DNA of 56,045 bases. Source: a virus. This document shows positions 34,768-43,080 of this stretch, piece by piece (the stretch's first letter is position 1; every line of letters starts with the position of its first letter). Where the stretch lies: IMG/VR virus record IMGVR_UViG_3300045988_061467, positions 1 to 56,045 of that record, one strand, 5' to 3'. The notes beneath the pieces were generated by a model. That model had not been told where the DNA came from and searched no databases. It worked only from the letters and a program-made list of their open reading frames with translations. A program made the position numbers and the translations under genes.

Positions 34768-35927
34768 TAACCTTCTTCTCGAGTGATAATTTCGTGAACC
34801 GCAGTCATCACCATGTCGAATAAGTAGTCATCTTCTTTAAAGCGTCGAACTAGATTTGCCTTACCTTGGAACTTCAATGGTTCTTCGTCTTCATCTGTCA
34901 TGATTTCTCCAGTTTCAAGGTCTACGACACTGAACCATGCTCCTGCCTTTTGAATGACTCCAAATTCGACAGCGACATCTACAAGGTCATTTTCAATTTG
35001 AATTCCATCATGATAGGAAAGCGTATAGGAAACTAATTTTCTGTCCGGCTTGAATGCTTTAGTCTTTTCAACGAATGATTCCACTACATTCCCGGCAGGG
35101 TTTCGAGCAGTACGGGTCAATGATGCACCGTTCTCGTCAAGGTAGTCACCTTTTCTAAATTTTAGGCGAACCGCGCAAGCATGCTTCCACATCTTTCCGC
35201 CTGGAGTTGAATAGGCATTGTACTGACTATTCATATCTTCTCGAATTTGATTGATGCCTAGGAATATTGCATTGTAGCGAGTAAGAAGTGGAGTCACTTT
35301 TCGACTAAATTCTGTTAAAGGCGCTGAGATTCCTGCATAAGCCTTCTTAGTCAACTCTTCATCTATAAGGTTTTGACTGACCATGTAAGGCAAGGAGTCT
35401 AGAACTACTAGGCCAACTTCTCCTGTTTCAAAAATGTCTAAAACGTATTGAAGTATTTCTTCAGCGCTATTCATTTCCGGGCGAACTATCCAAATATTGT
35501 CAACATCGACTCCAATCTTTTTAGCCCACTCAGTGTCTAATGTATTCTCAAGGTCGAGATATACAATTTTAAGTGGCTCCTGAAGGCTGTCTAGTTGCAT
35601 TTCAAGTTCCTTGATAGCAGTCTTGCTGGCTTTAGATGCACGCGCATTTTCTAGCTTTTCCTTGAGTTCTTCAGTCTTCTGTTCCCATTCCTGCTCAAAT
35701 ACCATTTGCGCATTCTTAACAATGTCGAGAGCTGAAGTAGTCTTCCCACTTGACTCAGGACCAAAGAATTCAATTACCCTTTTTCGAGGAAGCCCGCCAT
35801 AGGTTTGATAATTCATAGAAGGCGCAGAAAAAGGAATTCTTGGAAGCGCTTCACGTTCAAGTCCTTGAACTGCTACAAGAGCTTTCGAATCCTTATTCCA
35901 GTCCTTCATCAACTGTTCTAGTTTCAT
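34767..35927 (-). CDS. recA: RecA-like recombinase
   Basis: GGLPRKRVIEFFGPESSGKTT (Walker A) and a RecA core. There is a ~40-aa coiled-coil-like insertion after Walker A (EQEWEQKTEELKEKLENARASKASKTAIKELEMQLDSLQ). Confidence 0.75.
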   Translation of the reverse strand: MKLEQLMKDWNKDSKALVAVQGLEREALPRIPFSAPSMNYQTYGGLPRKRVIEFFGPESSGKTTSALDIVKNAQMVFEQEWEQKTEELKEKLENARASKASKTAIKELEMQLDSLQEPLKIVYLDLENTLDTEWAKKIGVDVDNIWIVRPEMNSAEEILQYVLDIFETGEVGLVVLDSLPYMVSQNLIDEELTKKAYAGISAPLTEFSRKVTPLLTRYNAIFLGINQIREDMNSQYNAYSTPGGKMWKHACAVRLKFRKGDYLDENGASLTRTARNPAGNVVESFVEKTKAFKPDRKLVSYTLSYHDGIQIENDLVDVAVEFGVIQKAGAWFSVVDLETGEIMTDEDEEPLKFQGKANLVRRFKEDDYLFDMVMTAVHEIITREEG

Positions 35928-36418
35928 TAGAAATCACCTGTACTTCCATGACCGCCACGAGCCACATTTCCTAAGGACTCTACGAAATTAAACTTAATAG
36001 CAGGTTGCTTTTCCTGAATTCTAAATTGAGCAATTCTTTGGTCGTAGAAAATATCTGCGTCGCGAGTAGCATACCAAACTGAGAACCATTCATCAGTGTC
36101 GCCTTTGTAACCTTCGTCAATCACTCCGCTAGACACGAAGATAAGACCTGTCTTTTTAAATAGACTTGAACGAGGATGGAGAATAGCTTCATGTCCTTCA
36201 GGTAGTTCTAAAGCAAATCCGTGTGCAATTTTAATGCACTCACCGGCTGCCACTGAATACACTTGAGACTTTTGAAGAACAGTTCGACATTTCGATACTT
36301 GTTCCTTGCTTGCGTCAATGGCAGTGATTGAACTAATACGCACATCAACCCAGTCACCTGTAAATTTCAGTCGGTCAAGTTTAGGGTCAATCATTTTCAC
36401 GTTTACGTCTTTTGACAT
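35927..36418 (-). CDS. dut: dUTPase (trimeric type)
   Basis: Motifs PRSS, GVIDEGYKG, RIAQF and the C-terminal RGGHGSTG. Confidence 0.8.
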   Translation of the reverse strand: MSKDVNVKMIDPKLDRLKFTGDWVDVRISSITAIDASKEQVSKCRTVLQKSQVYSVAAGECIKIAHGFALELPEGHEAILHPRSSLFKKTGLIFVSSGVIDEGYKGDTDEWFSVWYATRDADIFYDQRIAQFRIQEKQPAIKFNFVESLGNVARGGHGSTGDF

Positions 36419-36956
36419 TTAATACTCCTTTTAAATTATTAGATTGAGTTTCTAACTCTGCTAGTTGCCATGTTTGAATACGTTTTAAAGATGCTAATAC
36501 TTTGTCAGCTTGCTCAAGTTTTAATTGAACTTTTTTGTAGGCTCGCTTGTAAGCATTTTCGATGACTTCTTCATTCATAACAAGTTTTCGAGTCTCTGCT
36601 TGTTTGTCAGGAATTGTTTTCCCAGCAGCTAGAATATATAGATTATCGTATTTTTCTTTCCTAATAGCCGAACTTGAATCCATTTGTATTCCCACCATTT
36701 CCGCCCTGTCTGAGGCGAAATAAAGCAGAGTGGGAAGATACCCTATATAGTAGTTCAAGTCTTCTATAATGACAGGATTTTGGCTTACAACATCTTGAAT
36801 TTCAAGCATTGCTTCATCTAATGGACCGCAAGCTGCTTCAACAATTTCGTCGACTACTTTATTGATAATGAAGCCGTACGAATCTGCAACCTCTTGCGCC
36901 TCTCGTATTTCATCTTCCCGTATATCGATTTGAGGGAGCTTTGGTTTATTAGACAT
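36387..36956 (-). CDS. Hypothetical protein (189 aa from the ATG at 36956)
   Basis: AAGGAGGAAGG lies just upstream of the ATG at 36956. The track start at 36992 is a TTG inside the upstream gene. Confidence 0.5.
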   Translation of the reverse strand: MSNKPKLPQIDIREDEIREAQEVADSYGFIINKVVDEIVEAACGPLDEAMLEIQDVVSQNPVIIEDLNYYIGYLPTLLYFASDRAEMVGIQMDSSSAIRKEKYDNLYILAAGKTIPDKQAETRKLVMNEEVIENAYKRAYKKVQLKLEQADKVLASLKRIQTWQLAELETQSNNLKGVLNVKRRKREND

Positions 36957-37437
36957 ATCCTTCCTCCTTAAATTGATATTCAATAGCTTCAATTAGAGAA
37001 TAGATATCGAACGTACAGCGAGTGCGCTTACTGTAGAATTTCACAGGATATCCAATTCCAGGGAGCTTATCAGGATTTATACTTTTAGCGCCTGATTGAC
37101 GCAGGTTCTCAAGCTGTTGAATAGGATACCACATTAGCAATTTCTTTTCATAGAAGAATACTAATAGCCCTCCTACTCCGTAGTCACTTGAATCTGCTTC
37201 TAATAAACCTTGCCATTGGTGTTCACTTACATTGCTAAAAGGGAACGAAGCTTCCTTAGTTGCTTTTAGCTCTAGATAAATTGTTCCGAATTTACAAGCT
37301 AGGATGAAATCACAAGGATTTTGAATGCCTTTGAATCCGTTTGTCGTATCATAAAGCCTAGTCAGGTGAGTTCCTTCGGGACTGGACTTCCAACTAGAAA
37401 AGAAATCTTCTTCAAACATTTTTCCAGTATAGCTCAC
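36949..37437 (-). CDS. recU: RecU-like Holliday junction resolvase
   Basis: GKMFEEDF...NPCDFILACKFGTIYLELKATKEASFPFSNVSEHQWQGL parallels the RecU D-x(n)-E-x-K...SFP-x-N-x3-HQ core. Confidence 0.55.
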   Translation of the reverse strand: MSYTGKMFEEDFFSSWKSSPEGTHLTRLYDTTNGFKGIQNPCDFILACKFGTIYLELKATKEASFPFSNVSEHQWQGLLEADSSDYGVGGLLVFFYEKKLLMWYPIQQLENLRQSGAKSINPDKLPGIGYPVKFYSKRTRCTFDIYSLIEAIEYQFKEEGYV

Positions 37438-38210
37438 AGATTTCTACCTTCCTTTCTACAATACGGACAATATGCTGAAGAGCAATAGATTTTAGGACTT
37501 TCGCCTTTCTCTACATACTCTTCGCAAGTCATAATTTTTTCAAGAACTTGATTTTTCATCTCGTCTGTGATGTGAAACGTGTAGGCTTTCTTTTCGAAGT
37601 TATCTCGATTTTCATAAAGGAAAATAACATCATCGACTCCTAAACACATTCCATAGCAAGTTGCCTGCATTTTATGTTCTTCATAAGGCTCAGTATGTTT
37701 AGTGAACTTGAACATAGTCTCAGTCTTAATCTCTAAAATATAGAGCTTACCTTTATATCGAACTAGCCCGTCACATAAGAATGAAAGTTGAAGAAGTTCG
37801 TTCTTACACTTTGTCTCATAATCATTCTTTTTGAACCGTTCGTCGACGATAGTTCCCTCAACTGGATTTTCTTTCAGGAACTCTGCTACATTTAACCATT
37901 CAAAGTCCTCATCAATTTCAGCCATTTTAACCATGTATTCTTGAAGAACTTCGTGCCTAAATGTTCCAGCTTCACCCATTGCAATTAGATTAGAATCTGC
38001 GTTATCTATAATAGACTTGCCGATTCTTTCGAAATACATTTTTCGAATACAGCCACCAACCCCGCTGGGCTTGTAATATGTCGAAGGATTATATTCTGGC
38101 TGAGTTCGTTCAATGACCTGTGTCAGTGAATTGACAAAAGATGAAGCAGGACCTTCACTATTTCCTGCTCTAACCATCTTTGCAATTCTAGTTAAATTTG
38201 ACTTAGCCAT
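37434..38210 (-). CDS. Cas4/RecB-family PD-(D/E)XK exonuclease with an Fe-S cysteine set
   Basis: One N-terminal Cys (GVGGCIRKMYF), a nuclease core (DGLVRYKGKLYILEIKT) and a C-terminal C-x5-C-x2-C (CSSAYCPYC). Confidence 0.6.
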   Translation of the reverse strand: MAKSNLTRIAKMVRAGNSEGPASSFVNSLTQVIERTQPEYNPSTYYKPSGVGGCIRKMYFERIGKSIIDNADSNLIAMGEAGTFRHEVLQEYMVKMAEIDEDFEWLNVAEFLKENPVEGTIVDERFKKNDYETKCKNELLQLSFLCDGLVRYKGKLYILEIKTETMFKFTKHTEPYEEHKMQATCYGMCLGVDDVIFLYENRDNFEKKAYTFHITDEMKNQVLEKIMTCEEYVEKGESPKIYCSSAYCPYCRKEGRNL

Positions 38211-39283
38211 TATTCTTCCGGCTCTTGAAGTGCTAAGAAGTAAACGACACCATTCGATGAGATCTTAATTGCATTTTCGCTTCCATAAGAGACAGTGAAG
38301 TTTTCTTCGGTGACCGTTGATACAATTTCCTTCAAGAGTAAGCTGTTAAGGTGGCAAGTGAATTCTTTTTTCGAAACCTTTTTGCCTGCAGATGCGTACA
38401 TAATGTCTTCATAACTGCTTGTCGAAGTTTTAATTCGAAGTCGATCTTTTAAGAACAAGAATTCAACAGTCCCCTTATCAAAGGCTGAAGTGAATAGGAC
38501 AAGACGATCTAATACACTCAAGATCTCTGCAGTAGGAACCGCCGCATCGTCAATGAATTCGAGTGAATCCAGCTGTGAAACGTCTTCATAATCTTCCATA
38601 CCTTCCATCAATTTTCCGTAAATTTCAACCGACGCTGACGAAATGTAGACAGTATTGCTATCAATTTGCCAGAAGTACATTTTTTCATCAGGAATACTAG
38701 CAAGAATGCTCATTAAGTTATAAGGAACAAGCATTTCTAATTGTTCTTCTTCGATAGGGTTGATACATACGCGAATAATGTCTGTAGTAATTGCTTTTCC
38801 GCCCTTTAACAGGAAGCCGGTATAAATTCCATCTGCTCCTGATTTAGATACCGCAGAATCGTTAATATTGGCGATCCCGTAGAACAGCGAACTTTTCAAT
38901 GTCAATGCGTCCTCTTCTTTGACATCTTCTAATAGGTGGTCAAAGGTAGGATACTCTTCGTCTTCTGTAACGATGTCAATATTGTATTCCCCATTCCCAA
39001 TAACTTTTAGCGAAGATTCTTCAGGAACTAATGTGATAGTCGCTGCAGTTGTCTTTTCTACAAGTTTTCCAAACTGTTCTGCTTTCACAATGACGTCAAT
39101 TTCAACATCACTGTCGATAATGCATCGAAGGAAGTTTGAGCCGTCATACGCTGTGAACATAACGCATTCACCGTCACCGAAAATATGCCAATAGTTTGTG
39201 ATTTCTAGCAACTTGCTAGGCTTCAACTTATTGAGCTGAGAGACAATTTTTGAAAGTTCTTCAGTCTTGAACTTAATACTCAT
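38210..39283 (-). CDS. dnaN: Sliding clamp, DNA polymerase III beta-like (DnaN-like)
   Basis: The 357-aa length, three-domain periodicity and its context with a clamp loader support the call. Sequence similarity was judged only by eye. Confidence 0.55.
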   Translation of the reverse strand: MSIKFKTEELSKIVSQLNKLKPSKLLEITNYWHIFGDGECVMFTAYDGSNFLRCIIDSDVEIDVIVKAEQFGKLVEKTTAATITLVPEESSLKVIGNGEYNIDIVTEDEEYPTFDHLLEDVKEEDALTLKSSLFYGIANINDSAVSKSGADGIYTGFLLKGGKAITTDIIRVCINPIEEEQLEMLVPYNLMSILASIPDEKMYFWQIDSNTVYISSASVEIYGKLMEGMEDYEDVSQLDSLEFIDDAAVPTAEILSVLDRLVLFTSAFDKGTVEFLFLKDRLRIKTSTSSYEDIMYASAGKKVSKKEFTCHLNSLLLKEIVSTVTEENFTVSYGSENAIKISSNGVVYFLALQEPEE

Positions 39284-39312
39284 AATATGAGCCTCCTTTT
39301 TTTGATATATAT

Positions 39313-39342
39313 AATATACACGAATTACCCTAAATCTGTAAA
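39313..39342 (-). promoter_or_regulatory. Family-2 promoter upstream of the clamp gene
   Basis: Minus strand reads TTTACAgatttagggtaattcgtgTATATT (18-nt spacer). Confidence 0.55.
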
Positions 39343-39349
39343 CCTATTT

Positions 39350-39589
39350 CTAAATAATTTTAAATCTTCTAAGCATGTTGAGTTTTGCTTCATAAGTTCC
39401 ATTCACGGCAGCCTCTTGCATTTTGAGTACAATAAAAGGAGGCTCGTCAATATTGTTGAAACTATAGAATGTGAATAACTGGATAATAGCTTCGTCGACG
39501 CCTATTTTCCCTTCTCGAAAATTTAAGGAAAGTTGACGTTTAAACTCGACCAGTTTTTGATATTCTTGGTATGTTTGAATTTTTCTCAT
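39350..39589 (-). CDS. Hypothetical protein (79 aa)
   Basis: First ORF after the family-1 promoter at 39625-39653. Confidence 0.5.
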   Translation of the reverse strand: MRKIQTYQEYQKLVEFKRQLSLNFREGKIGVDEAIIQLFTFYSFNNIDEPPFIVLKMQEAAVNGTYEAKLNMLRRFKII

Positions 39590-39624
39590 AATATAGATTC
39601 CCCTTTTGTTTTATTTATAGTATG

Positions 39625-39653
39625 ATTATACGATAATGAATGAATAATGTCAA
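39625..39653 (-). promoter_or_regulatory. Family-1 promoter
   Basis: Minus strand reads cgcTTGACAttattcattcattatcgTATAAT (17-nt spacer) with an A/T-rich upstream tract. Confidence 0.7.
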
Positions 39654-39674
39654 GCGTTTTTGTAAATTTTTTAC

Positions 39675-39702
39675 AAAAAAAAATAAGAGCGAAAAGCTCT
39701 TA
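39675..39702 (-). terminator. Strong Rho-independent terminator after the DpdA-like gene
   Basis: Stem taagagc (39684-39690) / gctctta (39696-39702) with loop gaaaa, followed on the minus strand by nine U. Confidence 0.8.
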
Positions 39703-39703
39703 T

Positions 39704-40639
39704 CTAAAATAGTCGACGCTGACGATTTTTAATTCCCTTGAATTCATAGTTCTCTGCCCAATCCAGCATGTATTGAACATTGAACAATGCTCGAAGTTTA
39801 TAGTCATCAACTAATTGTTCTAAACTAAAATGCGCTCCAGTTTCTTCAATAATAGACTCGATTTCAACTTGAACAGGTTTTGGCAGCCTTCGGACAGCAT
39901 CAATTCCTCCGTTCTTCTGTGATAAGTCAACTAGTCCTTTTGAAGTCATAATGTTTCCCATAGCCCCTGTCAACAGTACAGAAGTCGAGTCGGCGCTATA
40001 AAATGGGTGACGCTCTAATTGGCTAGTAACTGTCATCCCGAAAGCGTGAGTCTTGACATCTGGATTAGAACTGTTTCGAATAACTTCGAATACTCGTTCC
40101 ATCCATTTGTCTTTATGCTTTGTAGTCGAGTCATTGGCTGGAGAAATCCCGATGTAAGGAATATGCTTCCCGCCTTCGAATGTAGTCTCGAGCATCAAGT
40201 TGAGCCATTTAAAGTCTTCTCCCATATGGAAAATAGGTAAGAGCTTGTCTTTCTCAACCATTCGCTCGCGCATGTATAGATAGTTATCCCAAGAAATTTG
40301 TGGCGCCTCTAAAAGCTGTTCACGTGTCTTAGGCTGTCTAAATACACCAGGAATTTTATCGAGTTCAGCAATGCAGTCAAACATTCCTACATTATCATTG
40401 ACATATTCGATATAGGCGTCAATGTCAACTTCAGCTCCCTTGGTATGAGCAGAATATGCACTAGAGTCGACGAATAATTTTGAAGTAGTGTTTGGATTGT
40501 TTTTCTTATGTTCAATCCACCTTTTGCCAATTCCGTTTCTTTCATACAGCTGATTGAATAGGCGATTGGCTCCTCTTTCCTTCAAATAATCGTCAGTGCT
40601 AATAGCATGTCCGCCTGCGAAATATAGATTAAATCCCAT
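39704..40639 (-). CDS. dpdA: DpdA-like DNA guanine transglycosylase (TGT superfamily)
   Basis: LFVDSSAYSAHTKG, YIGISP, HAFGMT and SADSTS resemble TGT/DpdA barrel motifs. It is the last gene of the preQ1 cassette and ends in QRRLF. Confidence 0.65.
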   Translation of the reverse strand: MGFNLYFAGGHAISTDDYLKERGANRLFNQLYERNGIGKRWIEHKKNNPNTTSKLFVDSSAYSAHTKGAEVDIDAYIEYVNDNVGMFDCIAELDKIPGVFRQPKTREQLLEAPQISWDNYLYMRERMVEKDKLLPIFHMGEDFKWLNLMLETTFEGGKHIPYIGISPANDSTTKHKDKWMERVFEVIRNSSNPDVKTHAFGMTVTSQLERHPFYSADSTSVLLTGAMGNIMTSKGLVDLSQKNGGIDAVRRLPKPVQVEIESIIEETGAHFSLEQLVDDYKLRALFNVQYMLDWAENYEFKGIKNRQRRLF

Positions 40640-41126
40640 TTCTCGCTCCTATCATTGTTCTAAAATGGCTGTTCTTCGCCATTGTAGAAATAAGGAAGTA
40701 TCCAATTAAAACGATAATCGCTTCACTAATTCCTACATAGACGGAAGATTCCCAAAAAGGTAAAGAGTAAACGATTCGAAGTTCCAGCGCGATAAGGTAA
40801 GCATTAGCAACAACTGGACAGATAAGTGAATATAGAGGACTTGACATCTTAGCGACTTTCACCATTGACACTACTCCAATGAAAGTAGCAAGTGAACCGA
40901 ATATAACGTCAATTAGTCCAAGAGGTGAAAAGAAGTTTGCAATAATTGTCCCTACTACAATCCCAGGAGTCCATCTATGGTTCCATAAAGGTAGAAGAAT
41001 TAGGAATTCACTTACTCTAAATTGAATAGGTCCATAACTAATAGCAGAAAATGAGACAGTTAATGTCACATATAAGGCTGCAATAAGAGCTGTTCGAACG
41101 AGCCATAGGGTTGCACTTTTATTCAT
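40629..41126 (-). CDS. queT: QueT-family queuosine-precursor transporter (ECF S-component-like membrane protein)
   Basis: 165 aa with ~5 TM segments. LIAALYVTLTVSFSAISYGPIQFRVSEFLILLP...GLIDVIFGSLATFIG matches the QueT pattern (iQfRisE, D-x-fG). Confidence 0.7.
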   Translation of the reverse strand: MNKSATLWLVRTALIAALYVTLTVSFSAISYGPIQFRVSEFLILLPLWNHRWTPGIVVGTIIANFFSPLGLIDVIFGSLATFIGVVSMVKVAKMSSPLYSLICPVVANAYLIALELRIVYSLPFWESSVYVGISEAIIVLIGYFLISTMAKNSHFRTMIGARNGI

Positions 41127-41136
41127 TTTTCGCCTC

Positions 41137-41772
41137 CTACTTTTTAATCAACTGAAGCAATTCTGCTCGAGCAGATGCGTCATCTTGGAAAAGCCCTCGC
41201 ATAGTTGAAGTCACTGTCGTTGCTCCATGTTTCTTAATTCCACGGCCACTCATACAAGTATGCTCAGCCTCTACAATAACGGCGACAGCTTGAGGATTTA
41301 GAACTTCCTGAATAGCGTCAGCGATTTGCTGAGTCAAGCGCTCTTGTACTTGAAGTCTTTTAGCATATCCTTCAACCACTCGACCGAATTTTGAAAGACC
41401 TGTAATCTTATCCTGAGGAATGTATGCAATATGCACCTTCCCTACGAACGGAGCTAAATGATGCTCACATAATGAATTGAATGGAATGTCCTTAACTAGG
41501 ACGAGGTCGTTATGATCTACGTCAAAAGTCTTTTCTAAATGTAGTTTAGGATCTTCACGATAGCCTTCAGTATGTTCAGCTAGGGCTTTTATAAAACGGA
41601 ACGGAGTATCTTGTAGTCCGTCACGTTCTGCGTCCTCTCCCATTAAATTAAATAGTCCTCGAATCGCTGCTTCTGCGTTGTCCAGCAGTACGATATCATC
41701 TGTCTTTAGGGTAGCCATTCCATTCCCTTTCCCTAATACGGTGCGGATTTTATTCAGTTGTTCAATTTTCAT
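41137..41772 (-). CDS. folE: GTP cyclohydrolase I (FolE)
   Basis: Signature SLCEHHLAPFVGKVHIAYIP. The ATG at 41772 has AGAGGAG 6 nt upstream and sits just after the queE stop. The track start at 41832 is rejected. Confidence 0.85.
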   Translation of the reverse strand: MKIEQLNKIRTVLGKGNGMATLKTDDIVLLDNAEAAIRGLFNLMGEDAERDGLQDTPFRFIKALAEHTEGYREDPKLHLEKTFDVDHNDLVLVKDIPFNSLCEHHLAPFVGKVHIAYIPQDKITGLSKFGRVVEGYAKRLQVQERLTQQIADAIQEVLNPQAVAVIVEAEHTCMSGRGIKKHGATTVTSTMRGLFQDDASARAELLQLIKK

Positions 41773-41773
41773 T

Positions 41774-42568
41774 CTATACTCCTCTCTTATTATCATATAC
41801 CAGTGTGTGAAGCTGTGGTAAAGGTCGAACATTGTTAAAAGCTGGATCTTGATATACTTTGTCCCATAGCCAACCTAATTTTTCAAGTAGTCTGTCACTG
41901 ATTTTTCCTTCTTCGTAGGCGTTTGCATTTCCGACTGATAAATAGTTGACATCCGGCAACTTATCTTCAAAAGTTTTGAACATATCACGCGCATAAGCTA
42001 GGTCATTTTCGTCAAAGATGACGATTTTAAATGACCAGTCAAGGTGCTCTTCATTCATTCTATCTACAATAGCTTCAAGAATTTTCATATTAGTTCGCAT
42101 TCCACTTGAAGGAGGTTTAGGACTAATAGTGATATCGCTTACTTCTTTGAACCATTCCTGGAATCGAGTTCCTTGAGTTTCGAGACCGAACTTGAATCCA
42201 TGCCCTTTTAGAATCGAAATCATCTTAGCCATAGGCTCGTTGATTAAGGCAGGATTTCCTCCAGTCAATGTCACGTGGTTACAGATTTGCTCACCCTTTT
42301 CGTTGAACGCTAATTTCAAAATTCGATTAGCTGCTTCTTCTCCTGTAATGTATTCAGGTTCTGTAGTACCGTTCCAAGTGAACGCCGAATCACACCAGTT
42401 GCAGTGATAGTCACATCCACCAGTTCGAATGAAAATGGTTTTTTGACCTATAACCATTCCTTCCCCTTGGATTGTAGGACCAAAGACTTCCATAATAGGC
42501 ATCTTTTCAGGGTCGCGAACATTGATTCGAATCTTGCCTCTTTCAGGCTGGTTGTACTGATTAACCAT
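41774..42568 (-). CDS. queE: 7-carboxy-7-deazaguanine synthase (QueE, radical SAM)
   Basis: EVFGPTIQGEG and the cysteine motif CDYHCNWCDS. The ATG at 42568 has AGGAG 7 nt upstream. Confidence 0.8.
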   Translation of the reverse strand: MVNQYNQPERGKIRINVRDPEKMPIMEVFGPTIQGEGMVIGQKTIFIRTGGCDYHCNWCDSAFTWNGTTEPEYITGEEAANRILKLAFNEKGEQICNHVTLTGGNPALINEPMAKMISILKGHGFKFGLETQGTRFQEWFKEVSDITISPKPPSSGMRTNMKILEAIVDRMNEEHLDWSFKIVIFDENDLAYARDMFKTFEDKLPDVNYLSVGNANAYEEGKISDRLLEKLGWLWDKVYQDPAFNNVRPLPQLHTLVYDNKRGV

Positions 42569-43079
42569 TAGCATGCTCCTGTAGAATTTCACGAACAGTA
42601 ATCTTTTCGTCTTTGTCGATAAAGGTTACATTCTTGAACATTTCAATCTCATCCTCTGTGAAAATCTCGTAGTAAGTACACTCTGCGCAACCTGTAGGAG
42701 TTTCCCATAGTTTGATAGAGTCGATACGAGAATGCTGCCACATGAGTTCCGTAAGTGTCCAGGTAAGGAATCTTGACATATTTTCAGCCGTAGTTCTAAA
42801 TCCAAATAGAACCCGCTTAGTGTCAACTGCGTTTGCTAAAGCAATAGGCTCATTTCCTTGAAGAAGAACAGCGTGGTCAAGTCTGTCAATGAATGTACCT
42901 GCGATTTTCTTGACGTGATAAAAGTCAACAACCATTCCTTGACTCGAACCGTGGTCATAAGTTCCGCCTGCTAATGAAATTTCGACCTTGTAAGTATGCC
43001 CATGCAAGTTGGCACATTTACCAAAATGGCCAACTAGTTGATGAGCTGCGTCGAATGTTAAGGTTTTAGAAACTCTCAT
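42561..43079 (-). CDS. queD: 6-carboxy-5,6,7,8-tetrahydropterin synthase (QueD) with a C-terminal extension
   Basis: FDAAHQL...KCANLHGHTYKVE (QueD Cys-His-His signature). About 50 extra C-terminal residues. Confidence 0.8.
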   Translation of the reverse strand: MRVSKTLTFDAAHQLVGHFGKCANLHGHTYKVEISLAGGTYDHGSSQGMVVDFYHVKKIAGTFIDRLDHAVLLQGNEPIALANAVDTKRVLFGFRTTAENMSRFLTWTLTELMWQHSRIDSIKLWETPTGCAECTYYEIFTEDEIEMFKNVTFIDKDEKITVREILQEHANG

Positions 43080-43080
43080 A

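Noticed and set aside
41773-41832. Upstream extensions of track ORFs into the preceding gene (folE 41832, queE 42592, 189-aa gene 36992, Gp157-like 52886, fibre 6657, early protein 55840)
   Set aside because: In each case an internal ATG with a well-spaced Shine-Dalgarno sequence lies right at or after the upstream stop codon. The longer forms would need long overlaps or, for 55840, a start inside the promoter.
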